Shown in pieces: positions 51,633 through 64,000 of a stretch of DNA of 64,000 bases. The stretch is from Camelus dromedarius (Eukaryota): contig NC_087437.1 of assembly GCF_036321535.1 (NCBI RefSeq), positions 77,688,001 to 77,752,000 on the forward strand, in the 5' to 3' direction. The position numbers and the translations under genes are program-made. The notes beneath the pieces were generated by a model. It saw nothing but the letters and a program-made list of their open reading frames with translations, did not search any database and had not been told where the DNA came from. Every line of letters starts with the position of its first letter. The stretch's first letter is position 1.

Positions 51633-53659
51633 CTGATTAAACAAAAAGTTAATTACTTCACATGGCACAATTATAACTCTCACTGTATTTATTATATAAT
51701 AATGAAGTCTGAAATTATTCTTTTGGGTCTAATGAAAATGAAAGCTTCTTTTACTTAACTTCAGATGCTTTCAAAAATAGATTTCTTTTTTACTTTGTAC
51801 TTTGAGAGTTAGACATAACAGAGTTTTATTTCTGACTCTTCCATTTAATGAATTTATAATTTGGAACAAATTTGTAAACTTCTGAGATTTTTATTTCTTT
51901 ATTTGTAAAACAATATAACGTGTTTACATTAAGGAAAGTTCTCTGTTGACAGCACCTACTCCTTGTAGTAAATGTAGATGAACTTGGATTGACAGACATT
52001 GGAGATTTGTGCTACATAATCAATGATGGGTATAAATACCTGAAAGTCACTTTATATGAGACAGTTATCAAGACAGGGGCTCCATTACAGAGCCATGGCA
52101 ATTAGGACAAAAATGCTTTTTAAAGAAACCTTTAACAACAGGTTATTATCCTAATTTCTATGAAAAAATGAAATGCAACATTTAATTATGAAAATCATTT
52201 GATAAACAAAAAATAATGCTGTTTTACCAGGAATTGAAATGCTCCTAAGAAGATAACTAAACACAATTCTGAGATTATGTGGTCTTTGTCCACTATGATT
52301 TCTTCTCCATTTCCATCAACTAACCAAAGGCTGGGCAATACTGATCAGCACTACTGACATTAGATATTCAATTAACAACAGTGACTTCAGCTGATGTGCA
52401 AATTGGTTTAGCCAAGTAAACTGTTTCTCTAGTTTTATAATAAACACACTCTGAGTGTTCTTATGCCTAGAATTTGTCTAGCCTTCTGACCACTAACTAC
52501 TACAAATATATCAGGTTAAATATGCACTCCATGGAGTGACACTTTAATTATGACTGAATAAGAAGTTGTGATGAGGCTGTGGTTAAAAGAACATGAAGTA
52601 AGAAACTGAGGCTTAAGAGTAAATTAACAAGTAACAGAGGACCCAGCGTTAAAAGAGATCAAAAAGCAATACAAGATCATTTATACTTTCATCAAGAAGA
52701 AACTCTAGCAATGAATTTCTCCACAATTGTTTACAAAGATAATTCTTGTCAACCCCCATTTCAGGCAGTTTGTATATGTTTTGTCAAGACATCACTGGTT
52801 AAGTGTTTCTGTTACATGCTGTGTTCCCGTAATAAATGGACTGGGTGTTTAGATATGCTCGCCAGGAGTCTGAGCGAAGGGAAACATAGTTACAGCCAGG
52901 CGCTTTGGTGATAATCTTGTCTCAGATCACCCATTACCAAGCCATACTTTCTCACTCTAAAAAGACAGCGATGAGTTCCCAGGTAACGTCCTACATTTCA
53001 GATGATTACAAGACTATACGCACTCACCCAGGAAATACAGACTAAGCGCCTACTATGTTCCGGGTGTTCTGCTATGGCCCAGGGGTGAAAAGAGATCCCT
53101 ACCTTCAAGGAGCTACTATTTCAGTGGAACCCACATTCAGACACTTAAGATCAGTTTCAGTAAAAAGGCAGAAAGTTATGTGACTAGAGCACAGCATATT
53201 TCTGCTCGGTGAGGCCCGAGCTCAAGTTTCCACTCTGTCACTTACGAGCTTTCTGATTTCTCTTCCTCAGCTTCTTTTGAATAATAAATTGTCCCATGTA
53301 AACACACTAACATTGTGTTTACAACACTGTAGGTCAAAACACATTGAAAATTGTTAACCCCTAAAATATATAACTATATATGTGTGTATCCATACAAGAC
53401 AATATTACTTAGTAGCTACACATAATTAAATTAATGCCCCAAATGAAGTTTCAGAGCATCAATTATGAATGCCATACCGATACTGAATACCTCTAAGATT
53501 TTGGTGTGATATGATTTGTATTAATATAATTGGAGTATGAGTATGGGTGTATAAACATACTACACATGAATATACATAATTGGATATAGTATATGATGCA
53601 AAAGAAGCTAAAAAGGAATCAGTCCAAACAGTGGAGTATTATCAAGGACTGTTACTCAC

Positions 53660-53772
53660 CTTCATCCATACCACAGTCGCGTTCCTACTAGCAGATATTG
53701 TGCATGACACGGGCAGGGCATCGCCGATCTGCTTGGTCACTTCCCCACTTGGGTTTAAGGACAAATCCAAAT
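53660..53772 (-). CDS. ALCAM: ALCAM exon 9 (113 nt)
   Basis: tcacag|AT TTG GAT...ATG AAG|gtgagt; (Y)LDLSLNPSGEVTKQIGDALPVSCTISASRNATVVWMK. Confidence 0.97.
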
Positions 53773-56700
53773 CTGTGAAGCAGAAGATCTGCTTGAAATG
53801 CAAACTCCAGAAAGTAAGACAGGCAAAATATTTTGGAGGAAAAATAAAGATGAAAGAAAAAAAAATCCTTCCAACTGCACTTGAAATTCAGAAGTGATTT
53901 ATGTGACTGAAATAACTCAACTGTAGCATAATCAGTCTAGTTTTTCAAGCCAGCTTTGAGACCACTTTGGACAAGTGAATGGTCAGTCTAATTGATTATA
54001 CATTTATTTGCAGTTAACATGATTGATGTTTTCACTGCATGTAAATATTCACCTGGGGTCTATTACTTTAAGAAAAAAATTCTTAAATCACTTCTGGAAG
54101 AAAATAAAGAAAGATGATGACTAGGTAAATATTATAAAAAGAGTTGATAAGGCATACTACAGGAAAATCAAATCTATTTAGACAGCAGGTGATAAACTGG
54201 AAAACCATGAAGTAGTCTCTGTGTTTCTTCAGAGAGAACTGACTATAGCAGCTAGATATTTTTCAAAAATGCTATCTGATTTCTCATGCAGTTGAAATTT
54301 TAAATCAGATTTATTGTTAAGCACACTGTCAGCAGATAATCACTTAAAAAAAACAGAATATAAACACATCTAAGGAGGTATAATCTTTCAGATGGAAAGT
54401 AATTTCTATAAAAATCTTACTGTCATAGTATGATCTATATGAGGAGAGTCCAGTTTAATAGAACAAACACCTATTGTACAACTACTATGTCCCAAGCACT
54501 GACAGGAGATGAATAACGAGCCTACAATTTATAATCCGAGGTAGCGGTAATACGCACTCAACTATGTGACGATACTACGTAGCAGCATGAAATCAGCACC
54601 TCGCAGCGAATGTGCTATAGATCAGGAGCTCAGTAAATATCTGCTGAAAAACTAGAGGAAGGGCTACAGACAAGAGGTATGAACAAGGGCTTATGGGAGT
54701 GCAGACTGGGTTTCAGGGCAGCAATGAAGGCTCTGTAAGGGAGGCACCATTTGTCTGTGGCTCCTAAGGGTTAAGAAGGGCTTGGATAAGAGATGTCAGG
54801 AAAACTTCTCCACGTAAGCAAAAGCAAAGAGATGAGAGCGCGTGGCAGATTTCACAAAGGTGAGCAGTCTGGTGTGAATGGTTAGAGCACAAGGAAGATA
54901 AACCGATACAAGTAATTAAGGCCAGACTATACAGGGTGGCACTTGCCTTACTAAGAGATGGGACTTCTTCCTATGGCAGTGGGGATTTGCTGTCGCCGCA
55001 CCCCGTGCTTCCCCTTGGTTTTACGTTACAATGGCAGTTTGTTGATTGTCTGCAACATTATTTTTAATGTTCTTTCTCTCTGCTAGGCTGTCAGCATCAT
55101 GAGGGTAGGGACTATGACTTGAGTTGTCACTGTGTCTCCACAGTGCCTGCCACATTGTAGGCCCTCAAAAACTACTGTTGGATGGATGAAGGGAAGAAGT
55201 GGGCTTCTCATTAATATTAAAATATGCATCATCTCATAGAAAAGTGGAGTTTCCTCAAAAGATTTGATTGAATTATATTTAGGTGAAAATTCTATTTAAG
55301 GCCAGTGAAAGCTTTTATTGGCTGGAGAGTTAACTTGCCAGTGAGAAAGAATCTACATGAGGGTAAACTGGCAGAGGACTGGCAGACCCCGGTCAGCAGC
55401 TCTGAGTCTGCGGGCTGAACACGTGGTGAGAGGACTGCTCTGCTAACATGTGCAAGTACCAGTTGGTTTTTCTCTACCCTCTCCCTTTAGTCATCTGTGG
55501 AAAGGAAACTAATCTTGTTTTTAGAAAACAAACACACGATCAAGGATAAATCGGCAAAAGTGGATTTTTATGTTTTCATTTCATGTAATTTAGAGTAAGA
55601 TCTTGTTTTACTTGCAATACTTATTCCAGGTTTTAAAGAGTGACATAGGCCTCAGAGCCCAGTGTTACCAGGATGTATTTAAATCCAGTTAAATGCACTG
55701 AAATTCAATTAAACATGCTTTTGTTTAATTTTTTTTTTTATCACAACAGTTCATTGAGGTACTACGAAGCATCAGCCAAGTTCTTTATCTTACTCTTCTG
55801 CTATCTCCCACCCTGCCTGATACACAGGTGCCACAAATGAGAGCCCTCTTCCTTTACGGCCCTGAACAGCTAGCATCTCTTAACCATAAGCTTATCATAC
55901 TACCTCTAAGCACTGGATTATTGGCTCAAAGATCTGATATCAGAAAGTTATTCCACACGCAATTCTATCTGCTGGTTATATTATTCCCTCACTTCACTTT
56001 TTTCCCCATGGAACAGACCAGATAAATGGTCCCATGACTGATGACTAGTCCTCAGAGGAAAAGGAGCACAGTTGTTACCCTGAGAGGTCACTGCTTTCTC
56101 TCTAACTAGCCCCTGATGGCAGACACACTCAGATCTGTTCAACAGGAATATGGAGCAAACAAAGAAACAGCCTGGCTGTGAATATTTCTTAACAGCCCAC
56201 TGTCACCACAGGGCTCCCCAGGGCGTCCTCCCAACATCAGACACTCAAAAGCACCATCTGGTTGCTCTACTCCCCAGTGCACCTCCTCACATCTCCTTCA
56301 AAGTTTTAGCTCCTATCCTGCATGCTTTCCAAGCACTATGGGCAGAATTAGAACCATTTCCTCAGAATAGTTTCTAACATCTCTTTCAATTTTGAAACAA
56401 ACCAACCCCCATATTCAATGGAATTGTAGTGGATCATGTTTAGAGAAACCTTATTGTAATGGATCATGTCTAGAGGTGTGGTTGGGTGCAAAGGACTTAT
56501 TAGAAATCTGTCCTATAGCTCCAAGCAAGACTGACATTTGCTCAAAGCACTCTGCGTATTCTAGTGTCACCAGGGAGCAGTTCAAATTAGTTCCCCATTT
56601 CCACAATGCATCAGGTACATCCAGGAAACTGCCAGCAACTACCAAATAAAGAACTTAAGTAAAGTATCTGTTTTCTATGTATATTTTTTTCTGTCCATGG

Positions 56701-57297
56701 GAGTAAATATAACTTTTGGAGTATCTGGAGAATAAAAGTGGGTTGAAAGGTATGTTCAGGGTGATTCTGAAGAGATTCTGTTTCCAGAAATTTTCTATCC
56801 TATACAGAAGCCAACACATGACTTTTAATGGTATCTACCTCCTCCTCCAAAAGCTGAGTCTACAGTAACTTTTTGTTATCAGGTTTCTGTGTTAATAGTC
56901 TTCTGTAATTAAAAGTAAAAAAGATACTTAATCTACAATTTCTGGGCTAAATGCAAACCTGGTAACCTTCAAGAATAGCTAAATATTTTCTTAAAATATG
57001 AGTTATTTCTTTAAGCTGCATGCGAATATTTTGTTGATACCGCACACTGAAGACATTCAGAAAGAAGATGGAGGTTTATTGCTGCCAGAAGTTGCAGTTA
57101 TTAGATTCATGCAAGATTTCAATATTGCAGTGCAAATCTGGACTAAAGTTGGGTTTGCTCTAATGCTTTTTAGTAAGTCTATTGAAATCATATTATTTAA
57201 GAAAAACACTAGCTGCAATTTATTTGAAATGATAGCTCAAGTTAGACCACGAGAGGCCTTTAAAGTGAAGTTGGCAATGAAGAATCAAGTGACTTAC

Positions 57298-57430
57298 AGT
57301 GAACTGTGATGGCTGTTGAAGCAATCATGCTTTTTTTGTCTATCAGGGAGCATTTGTAGTCTCCTGTTGCATTGCGCCGCACATCTGTCAATGTGTAAGT
57401 GTTTGAACTTCTTATTCCTTCGGGCTGTCC
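57298..57430 (-). CDS. ALCAM: ALCAM exon 8 (133 nt)
   Basis: caaaag|GGA CAG CCC...CAC T|gtaagt; GQPEGIRSSNTYTLTDVRRNATGDYKCSLIDKKSMIASTAITVH (inside ORF 57260..57559). Confidence 0.97.
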
Positions 57431-57805
57431 CTTTTGATAGAGGCAAAATGTCAGATGATTACACTTGGTAGCTACAATAAGAACAGATGTAGTTCTTGAT
57501 GAAAATGGCATTTTCTCAGATAAGAAAAAAAAAGGGAATGTGTTTCTTCGATTGGACAAATGAGAGTAGAGATTATATTAACTGATTCCTGGAAAAAATA
57601 ATTGACATTTTGGTTCTAAGGAAATTGAGACACTAATTTACATTGTATTGATGACATCTATTTTATTGACAGTATGGCTTGTGTTTGAGTGTTGAAGCAG
57701 ATTTTAAAAAAATGTGTAATATTTCATTTTTTTATATTTATCCCTTGCTTAATTTGACAAAAAGAATTGAGGCACCTGAAAAGAAAACATACCATATATC
57801 CAAAT

Positions 57806-57905
57806 AAAAAAAAAGAAGGAAGGAGGGGAGGAAGGAAGGAAGGGAGGAAGGACGGGAGGGAGGGAGAAAGAAAGAGAGGAAAAAAAAAGAGAAAAAAGAA
57901 AAGAA
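57806..57905. repeat. Polypurine (GGAA/GGGA/A) tract
   Basis: aagaaggaaggagggggaggaaggaaggaagggagg...; nearly pyrimidine-free. Confidence 0.85.
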
Positions 57906-58944
57906 TTAATAACTAAGAATAAAAAGTATATAGATTAAACAGGAGTATATATTAACAAAAAAGGTAATTGTTGCTAAAACTAAGACACATATTTGGCTCT
58001 GTCATCCCTGATAACCAAGTGGAAATAAAATGATTTTCAAATTTTCATTTGCATATTAGACAAAAACAATATGTCAATTTATTAAGAGAAACAAAGTTTT
58101 CTGTCAACATTTAAGTATAAAAGAATCACTTAGAGTACTCTTCTGAGCGATGCAGTGGATAATATTCTTAAACATCACTGAGCAGTGCGGGAGTGGGGGG
58201 AACATCTGTGAACAGATCCCTGTGGTCAATGCAGTATAGAGATGTACATGGCTTCTCTCAGTGGAGGGAAATGTCAACCACACACCCGGGAGGCTGTGGG
58301 GAGCAAGCAAGTACCCTCAGACAGAGCTCTCTCCTTGTCTGGCTCCACAGCACTGTGACATCTAGAACAGATCCTAGAGGAATTTTCCAAATTATCCTCT
58401 AGACATCATTTCTTTCAGCTATGACATTGATAAAAGTTAAGAAACCGGCTCTTTCAGACCACATATGATGGTAAGATATAGCCCCTCGCTTTATTCTATC
58501 AAACTGAACATAATCTACAACAGAAATGTCCCTAGATCAGAGGTTCAGGGATGTGTTCACGAAGGCACTGTGGGTATATTTAGAATCCACATCAGACCAT
58601 TTGCTGTCCTCATTCTTCATTTTATACTTGCCTGCTTCCGAAGAGCAGTCTTATAGTTCATTGGGATAATGAGACCTCAAGTTTCTACCATTATGGTTTC
58701 CTGTGATCAGCTCTTTTCCTCTTTGTCCCTGATTTCACTTAACACGGAGAAAAAGGGAAAGAGCACTGGCAGGTGCCAAAAAAACCTTCAAAGGACATTC
58801 CATACGTGCCCCTTGGTTCCAAGAATAACATCCTTTCTCACTTAAGCTGCCCAAGTACCTACAATTCTTAATGTCAAGTCAGCTGCCAGACAACAGGACA
58901 GAGTGAGAGTAGTCTAGCTGAAGTAATAATCCTGAAGCACTTAC

Positions 58945-59072
58945 TGGTAAGTAAAACAAAAACTCCTCAGGAGGAGGGTTACCATTTCCTAAGCACTTAA
59001 GAGTGATGTTGTCCCCTTCTTTGATGGCATTTTTTGGTGGCAGCACTTGTATTGTCACCTGCTCGGTAGGAT
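58945..59072 (-). CDS. ALCAM: ALCAM exon 7 (128 nt)
   Basis: ttgcag|AT CCT ACC GAG...TTA CCA|gtaagt; encodes (Y)PTEQVTIQVLPPKNAIKEGDNITLKCLGNGNPPPEEFLFYLP. Confidence 0.97.
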
Positions 59073-61179
59073 CTGCAAGAGGCAGAGACGCAAGTTAACA
59101 ATTTTCATCAGGTACCCAATTATTCTGTGCATACAATGTAAATGACTAAATTATACACAATTTTCTCAAGAAGGTAGTAATGGTAATTACTTAAATGTAT
59201 CTTTTTATAGAAGGATTGAAGTTAATAGCTACTTGCTATAACAAGTACTAATCTTGGTTAGAGCAAACTACAAAGAGATCCTGTTACATAAAAATCAATT
59301 TTTTCTTAGCAAAATGTCTTTACCTAAAGTAGGAATGACCCTAATTATTTTATGTGTAAAAGAACAGTAGGAAGGGTTCCACTGTATAATCTCATTACAA
59401 GGGCATTTAACTATATTATATGTATCTTACAGTTTGGAAAGACTGGAGCAGCTCGCAAAGTAGTTAAAATTATTAGGCACCCCTGTACTCATATTGCACA
59501 AGAATGCCGTGTATTAAGGAAAGAGGGACATGAACCAAACAATACCAGCAAGATGTTTGGCATGCAGAAGAGCAGATCTGCTTTCAAAAAGATGAATCCC
59601 ACGAACTGAGAGAGACCTTTAACACAATCAACAGAACTGTAAATGTATTGTAATTCTTTTCTCTTCATTGGATCCAAGATGCCACTTTTATTCCATTTTG
59701 GTCATTTTTATGGAGAAAATAGGGCTAATGGGTATTCTTTAGTGGAGGCTACTGTGCAACAGTAGAATGCTAAAGAAATTAAAGGCTGGATACAGTGGAC
59801 CGGGTCTAGCAAACAGGAAATAAAAGGAGGTGGTGTTGGCAGTTATAAATGACCCACTTTCTAATGTATCCACTTGTTATGCAGCTGGATGATACAATGA
59901 ACAATGAATTTCGAAACCATATAATGACAAAGGTTTATTTCAGAGAACCTTTTCCATAAGACTTAATAATTATTGAGGCATGTGCCTATATTTCCAAACT
60001 GGCAGCACTAAAAATAATCCATCTAGGAAGAATTATTTTGCTATTAGCTAATAAAGCGAGACAAATAAGTGGTAGATTTTTGAGGCTTTTTTCTGTCTCT
60101 TTCAATCATATACTTACCTTTCTAAGATTAAAGTGCAGAAAAAACCCTCAAAGGGTTGTTATAGATTGCTTCTTTGACTTTTCTCCATGCTTGGGCATCT
60201 CTGAATATTTGCCCAGAATGTTCTGAGGCAAAACAGTGATTGGTTTAATATATTTGTTGTTCATTTTTCTGAATTTGCCTGAGGCAGTTCCCTGACTGGC
60301 AGTTTCCAGTAAAGTTGGAAAGTAAAAATAAAGTTTGTTTTTGGTCCCCTGCTGACCTTCCCTTTCGAGGCCTCCCTCCCTCTTTCCCGTGGTCCTTCCT
60401 TGCTAGCGTGGTCTGCTGCACATCACTGCCACACATCTCTAACTAGAGCTGACACCAGAATAGCGAGGAGTCATCATCGGTCTGACGTCCTGCTTTATTT
60501 CAAAACTCCCCTTCTCTGTGGCCCTCTTTCGATAGGCTCTGCTCTGTATTGGAGAGTTGAAGAACCAAACTGAAATCAGAGGGTTAAGGTAACGCATTTG
60601 AGTTTTAACAGTAACTTTCTGGATGCCCACTAATAATGCCTCCAACAAAACTAATGATCTCTTGCTCTCCCTTTGCCCCTGACTTTGAATTTTACTCTAT
60701 TAGTATATCATCATTCTGCCGGTTCCTCTGGCGTTCTCCTTTGCCCTCTCTTATCCACTCAGTCACCCAGCCTTAATGATTAATCCTTATACTTTGTACA
60801 TCTGATTCTCCCCTTCTATTCCCACTAACACTTCCCTAGCGCAGGCTCTAATTAATCCAAACCTGAAACATTGCCATCAGACTTCAATTGGTCCTTCACC
60901 TTGAGGCTTTCTCTTTTCTACTTCTTCATATATATTTTCTCCAAATCAGTTTTTGAAGTAGGCTTTGAGCATTAGAATGATATTTTAAAATCTTCATGCA
61001 TTCCCAGCATGTATAAATTGAAATAAACATTTAACCTGGTGTCCACGATTGCCTTGAACCGAGTTCAGGTGAGAGTCTTCCATCTCACTACTCCATATAT
61101 ACATACCCAGTACATAATAACACAAATAGTCTACTCAATTTTTCTTTCTCCCATCTCTCCATTTAATCCTCTTGCCACT

Positions 61180-61880
61180 CATTTATTTATCTGTTTGGTT
61201 AATATTTGTTTTGTGTGGGCACTAAGTGCAGGAGTTATAAAATTGAAAACAGTGCATTCCCTGCCCTCAGTGAGCTTCCGGTTTATTTATGAAGACACAA
61301 AACTTAACAATTAAGACTGTACCAATACAAAAACTGCATAAGATGTATAAGCATAGAAATCGCTCACAGACCCACCAGACTGGGAAGATTTCAGTAGGAA
61401 TTGGCCCTGGAGCTGGGTTTTGAAGAATAAGGAGGCATTTGCTGGATAATAAAGGTAAGACAGTGACAGCACATGGCCAGGCACGTACATCGTATTCTAC
61501 AGGAGGACCCTGGAACCAGGACAGACTGTAGAAGGCACTGAAGGGATGAAGGCTGGGACTGGTCGGGACCACGGCTGCAGTGGACTCAAGGCATATTGAA
61601 ATTGGAAGTGTAAAGATTAACCTGCGATATCTGGGGAGTCACTGATGAGTTTTGATCACAGCAGTAACATGTTCACATCTGTGCTTTAGAAAGATGTTTC
61701 TAGCAACAGCTGGCAGGGCAGTTTGGTGTGAACAGACAGGAATACTCTTTCGGAAATTACTGCAAAAATACTGGTCATGAGGAATGGTGGCATAATCTCA
61801 GGCAGGGTCAGAAGGCAGAATCAGATCAACACAGAGATGGAAGTGGTAGATTCTAAACAACTTCATTACTGACTGGATAT
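61180..61880 (-). mobile_element. LINE-2 fragment (further L2 pieces near 54460-55190 and 60600-61050)
   Basis: cattccctgccctcagtgagctt, ggagctgggttttgaagaat, ggggagtcactgatgagttttga, atctgtgctttagaaagat. Confidence 0.6.
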
Positions 61881-62004
61881 GGTACGGAAGGAGTGGACCA
61901 GTGCATCTTTTTCAGGCTTTCCCAAGATGAACTGATCAAATTTCTTCTTCTTGAATGTACTTTCCATTTAGCTCCTCCTTCTCTTCTCTGAAGTCATCCT
62001 AGGA

Positions 62005-62192
62005 CAGTGGTTCTCCAAGCGTGGTCCTCAGATGATCAGCATTAGCATCACCAGGGAACCTGGTGTAAATGCAAAGTATTGGGCCCCTCCCCACACCTAC
62101 TGTATGAGAACACTTAGAGCTGGGTCCAGTAATCTGTGCTCTAACATGTCCTCCAGGTGAGTCTCACGCACACTGAAGTCTGGGAGTCACTG
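62005..62192. mobile_element. MER5A-like hAT DNA transposon with 8-bp TSD
   Basis: cagtggttctcc...gggagtcactg flanked by tcctagga / tccttgga. Confidence 0.85.
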
Positions 62193-63039
62193 TCCTTGGA
62201 CACCTGCGTTTTTAGGACTGTTCACTGAGTCCCTGTGGCACTTACCACTTGCAACCATGCAGTGACAATTGCCTTCTGATACGCGTGTCTTACTTCTCTA
62301 TTGGAATAATAAACCCCTTAAATGTCAGACTATGTCTTAAACACTTTTAAGTCTCTGTCATGAAGCCTAGCACTACATACATTGTGCCTTCTCAAAAGCT
62401 GTGCCAAATGTGCCCTACACAGCCAGTCACAGGAAAATCATTTCTTTCTTATTCATCCAAGGACTCTTCCAACTGTCTGTCTCCCCATGTCTGATGCTCA
62501 CATACATTCCCATTCTTCCTTAAGCCAGTTTCCCAATCCTTTTCACTCATCTTGATGTTCTTTCCTATCTTGTACTCCTGTACTTACACCAGAATAGTTT
62601 ATTTTCAATTGAATATTTTTGAACAGACAGGATTCTGCTTTCACATACAGAAATAATAGTTTGATTTTAGATAAGCTGTATATGATGAAATCCTCTAAAT
62701 CCCTGCTTTTAAATCAAGCTGAAACTTATTTACAACGTGTAAGACAAAACAACCCATTCTTGTTAGGGCAAGTGGAATTTCAGTTTTCCTCTTATATAAG
62801 GCTCTGTACTTTATGGAACCAAAGTAGATATGTAGCTGAGATAAAACCCTTTGAAGGCTCAATGGGCATTTCTATTCTTTCTCTCAAATAGGTGTAGAAG
62901 TACTGGGTCATTCTACAACATATGGCAGGACTGCGAGAATTTTTGATTCATTAAAAACTAATAATAACAAAATTTCCTTGTATCTTTCCCCAAAAGATAT
63001 CTCTAGTTCTCTGTTTATGAAGTAATAATGATTATATAA

Positions 63040-63270
63040 TAGTCACGACAATAGTACTTAATAACAAGCATTTAATGTGCTATATGTTGTGCTATTTTAG
63101 ATTTTTTATTTCACTTAATCTCCATAACAACATCATGAGTTAAGTATTACATTTTTCTTATTTCAAAATAAGAAAACTGAAACCAAGAGGAGTTAAGATT
63201 CTTTTCTAGAAACACATAGGAACAGACAGCACTGGGACTGAGTTGCCAGCATCTTTGCTCTTAGTCATTT
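63040..63270 (-). mobile_element. MIR SINE
   Basis: tttcacttaatctccataacaac...ttcaaaataagaaaactgaaaccaagaggagttaag. Confidence 0.7.
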
Positions 63271-63963
63271 TGTTATCTTGCCTCCTGTCTTACAGGAAAG
63301 AGCATAGCATTGGAGAAGAGGACTCTAATCACGTTGCTGCAGCTAATTTAGGGCAAGTCTCTAGGTCTCACTTTACTGCTAAGTAAAATAATGGAATTAG
63401 ATCAGATGATCAAGAAAGTTCCTCTGTCGTCTAATATTCTATGTTTCAAGCCTATGAAATAAAGTTAATCAAAACATGTTGGAATTCAACATTCTATTTA
63501 ATTTATGGAATTGATCTCATTATTAAAATAAATCTCTTTATTAAAATGGAAATCCTATATCTAGAAAACCATCCAGTCATAAGCCTCTATTCATCTGTCA
63601 TTCATTCAGAAAACCATCAGATGGCATTTTAAACTCCTACAAAATCCATGGCTATGTGCCAGGGCTGAGGACCACCAGAAGAAATCAGACTAAGTTAGAA
63701 ATCTTGTGTTTAAGGAACTTAGTGTCTAGAGGAATACAGAAGAGATGATTATAAATAGCAAAGTGGAGAGTGAAATATATAAGTTGGGTAGGTATTTTTT
63801 CTATAGGTCTTGCAAAGAGGAAGAGATTATTTGGGTACCATGGAATAGGGATGGGTGTTTGGAAGTAGATTCCAAAGAGCTTTTGGATTAGGACTTAAAA
63901 TAGCATTTGAATATTTTTTTTCTAATACATTAAAATTGCATAATTATATATTGAGTTACTTAC

Positions 63964-64000
63964 AGTAAATATCAAAGACTGCTTGATCAGAGTAAACTGT
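63964..64000 (-). CDS. ALCAM: ALCAM exon 6, 3' part (truncated by window edge)
   Basis: Reverse complement reads ACA GTT TAC TCT GAT CAA GCA GTC TTT GAT ATT TAC T|gtaagt = TVYSDQAVFDIY plus a phase-1 donor. Matches the end of ALCAM Ig domain 2 (human TIHSEQAVFDIY). Confidence 0.93.

Noticed and set aside
1..64000. CRISPR array, prokaryotic or viral system, intact autonomous transposon
   Set aside because: No regularly spaced repeat-spacer structure and no long intact ORFs; all mobile elements are truncated or decayed.

Overview
Mammalian genomic DNA, probably camelid (inferred from tRNA-derived SINE and L1 3'-end types; unverified). The main feature is the 3' half of ALCAM (CD166) on the minus strand: the last 37 nt of exon 6 at the right edge, coding exons 7-15 and the non-coding last exon 16 (exon numbers follow the human gene as I recall it). 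All junctions were read from the sequence and join in one open frame ending ...ENNHKTEA*. Downstream of ALCAM (about 1-25.8 kb) is intergenic DNA with L1, L2, MIR, MLT LTRs, a decayed RPS15 processed pseudogene and an orphan CpG-rich promoter-like element. No prokaryotic-type systems (CRISPR, operons) are present, and I found no convincing new biological system. Most notable: (1) a strongly A/T->G/C biased RPS15 retrocopy plus focal CpG-rich patches in old repeats, suggesting GC-biased gene conversion; (2) a GC-AG intron with compensating +4 alternative splice sites; (3) a fully open 104-nt intron encoding a hydrophobic tail. Repeat family names and boundaries are by eye and approximate.
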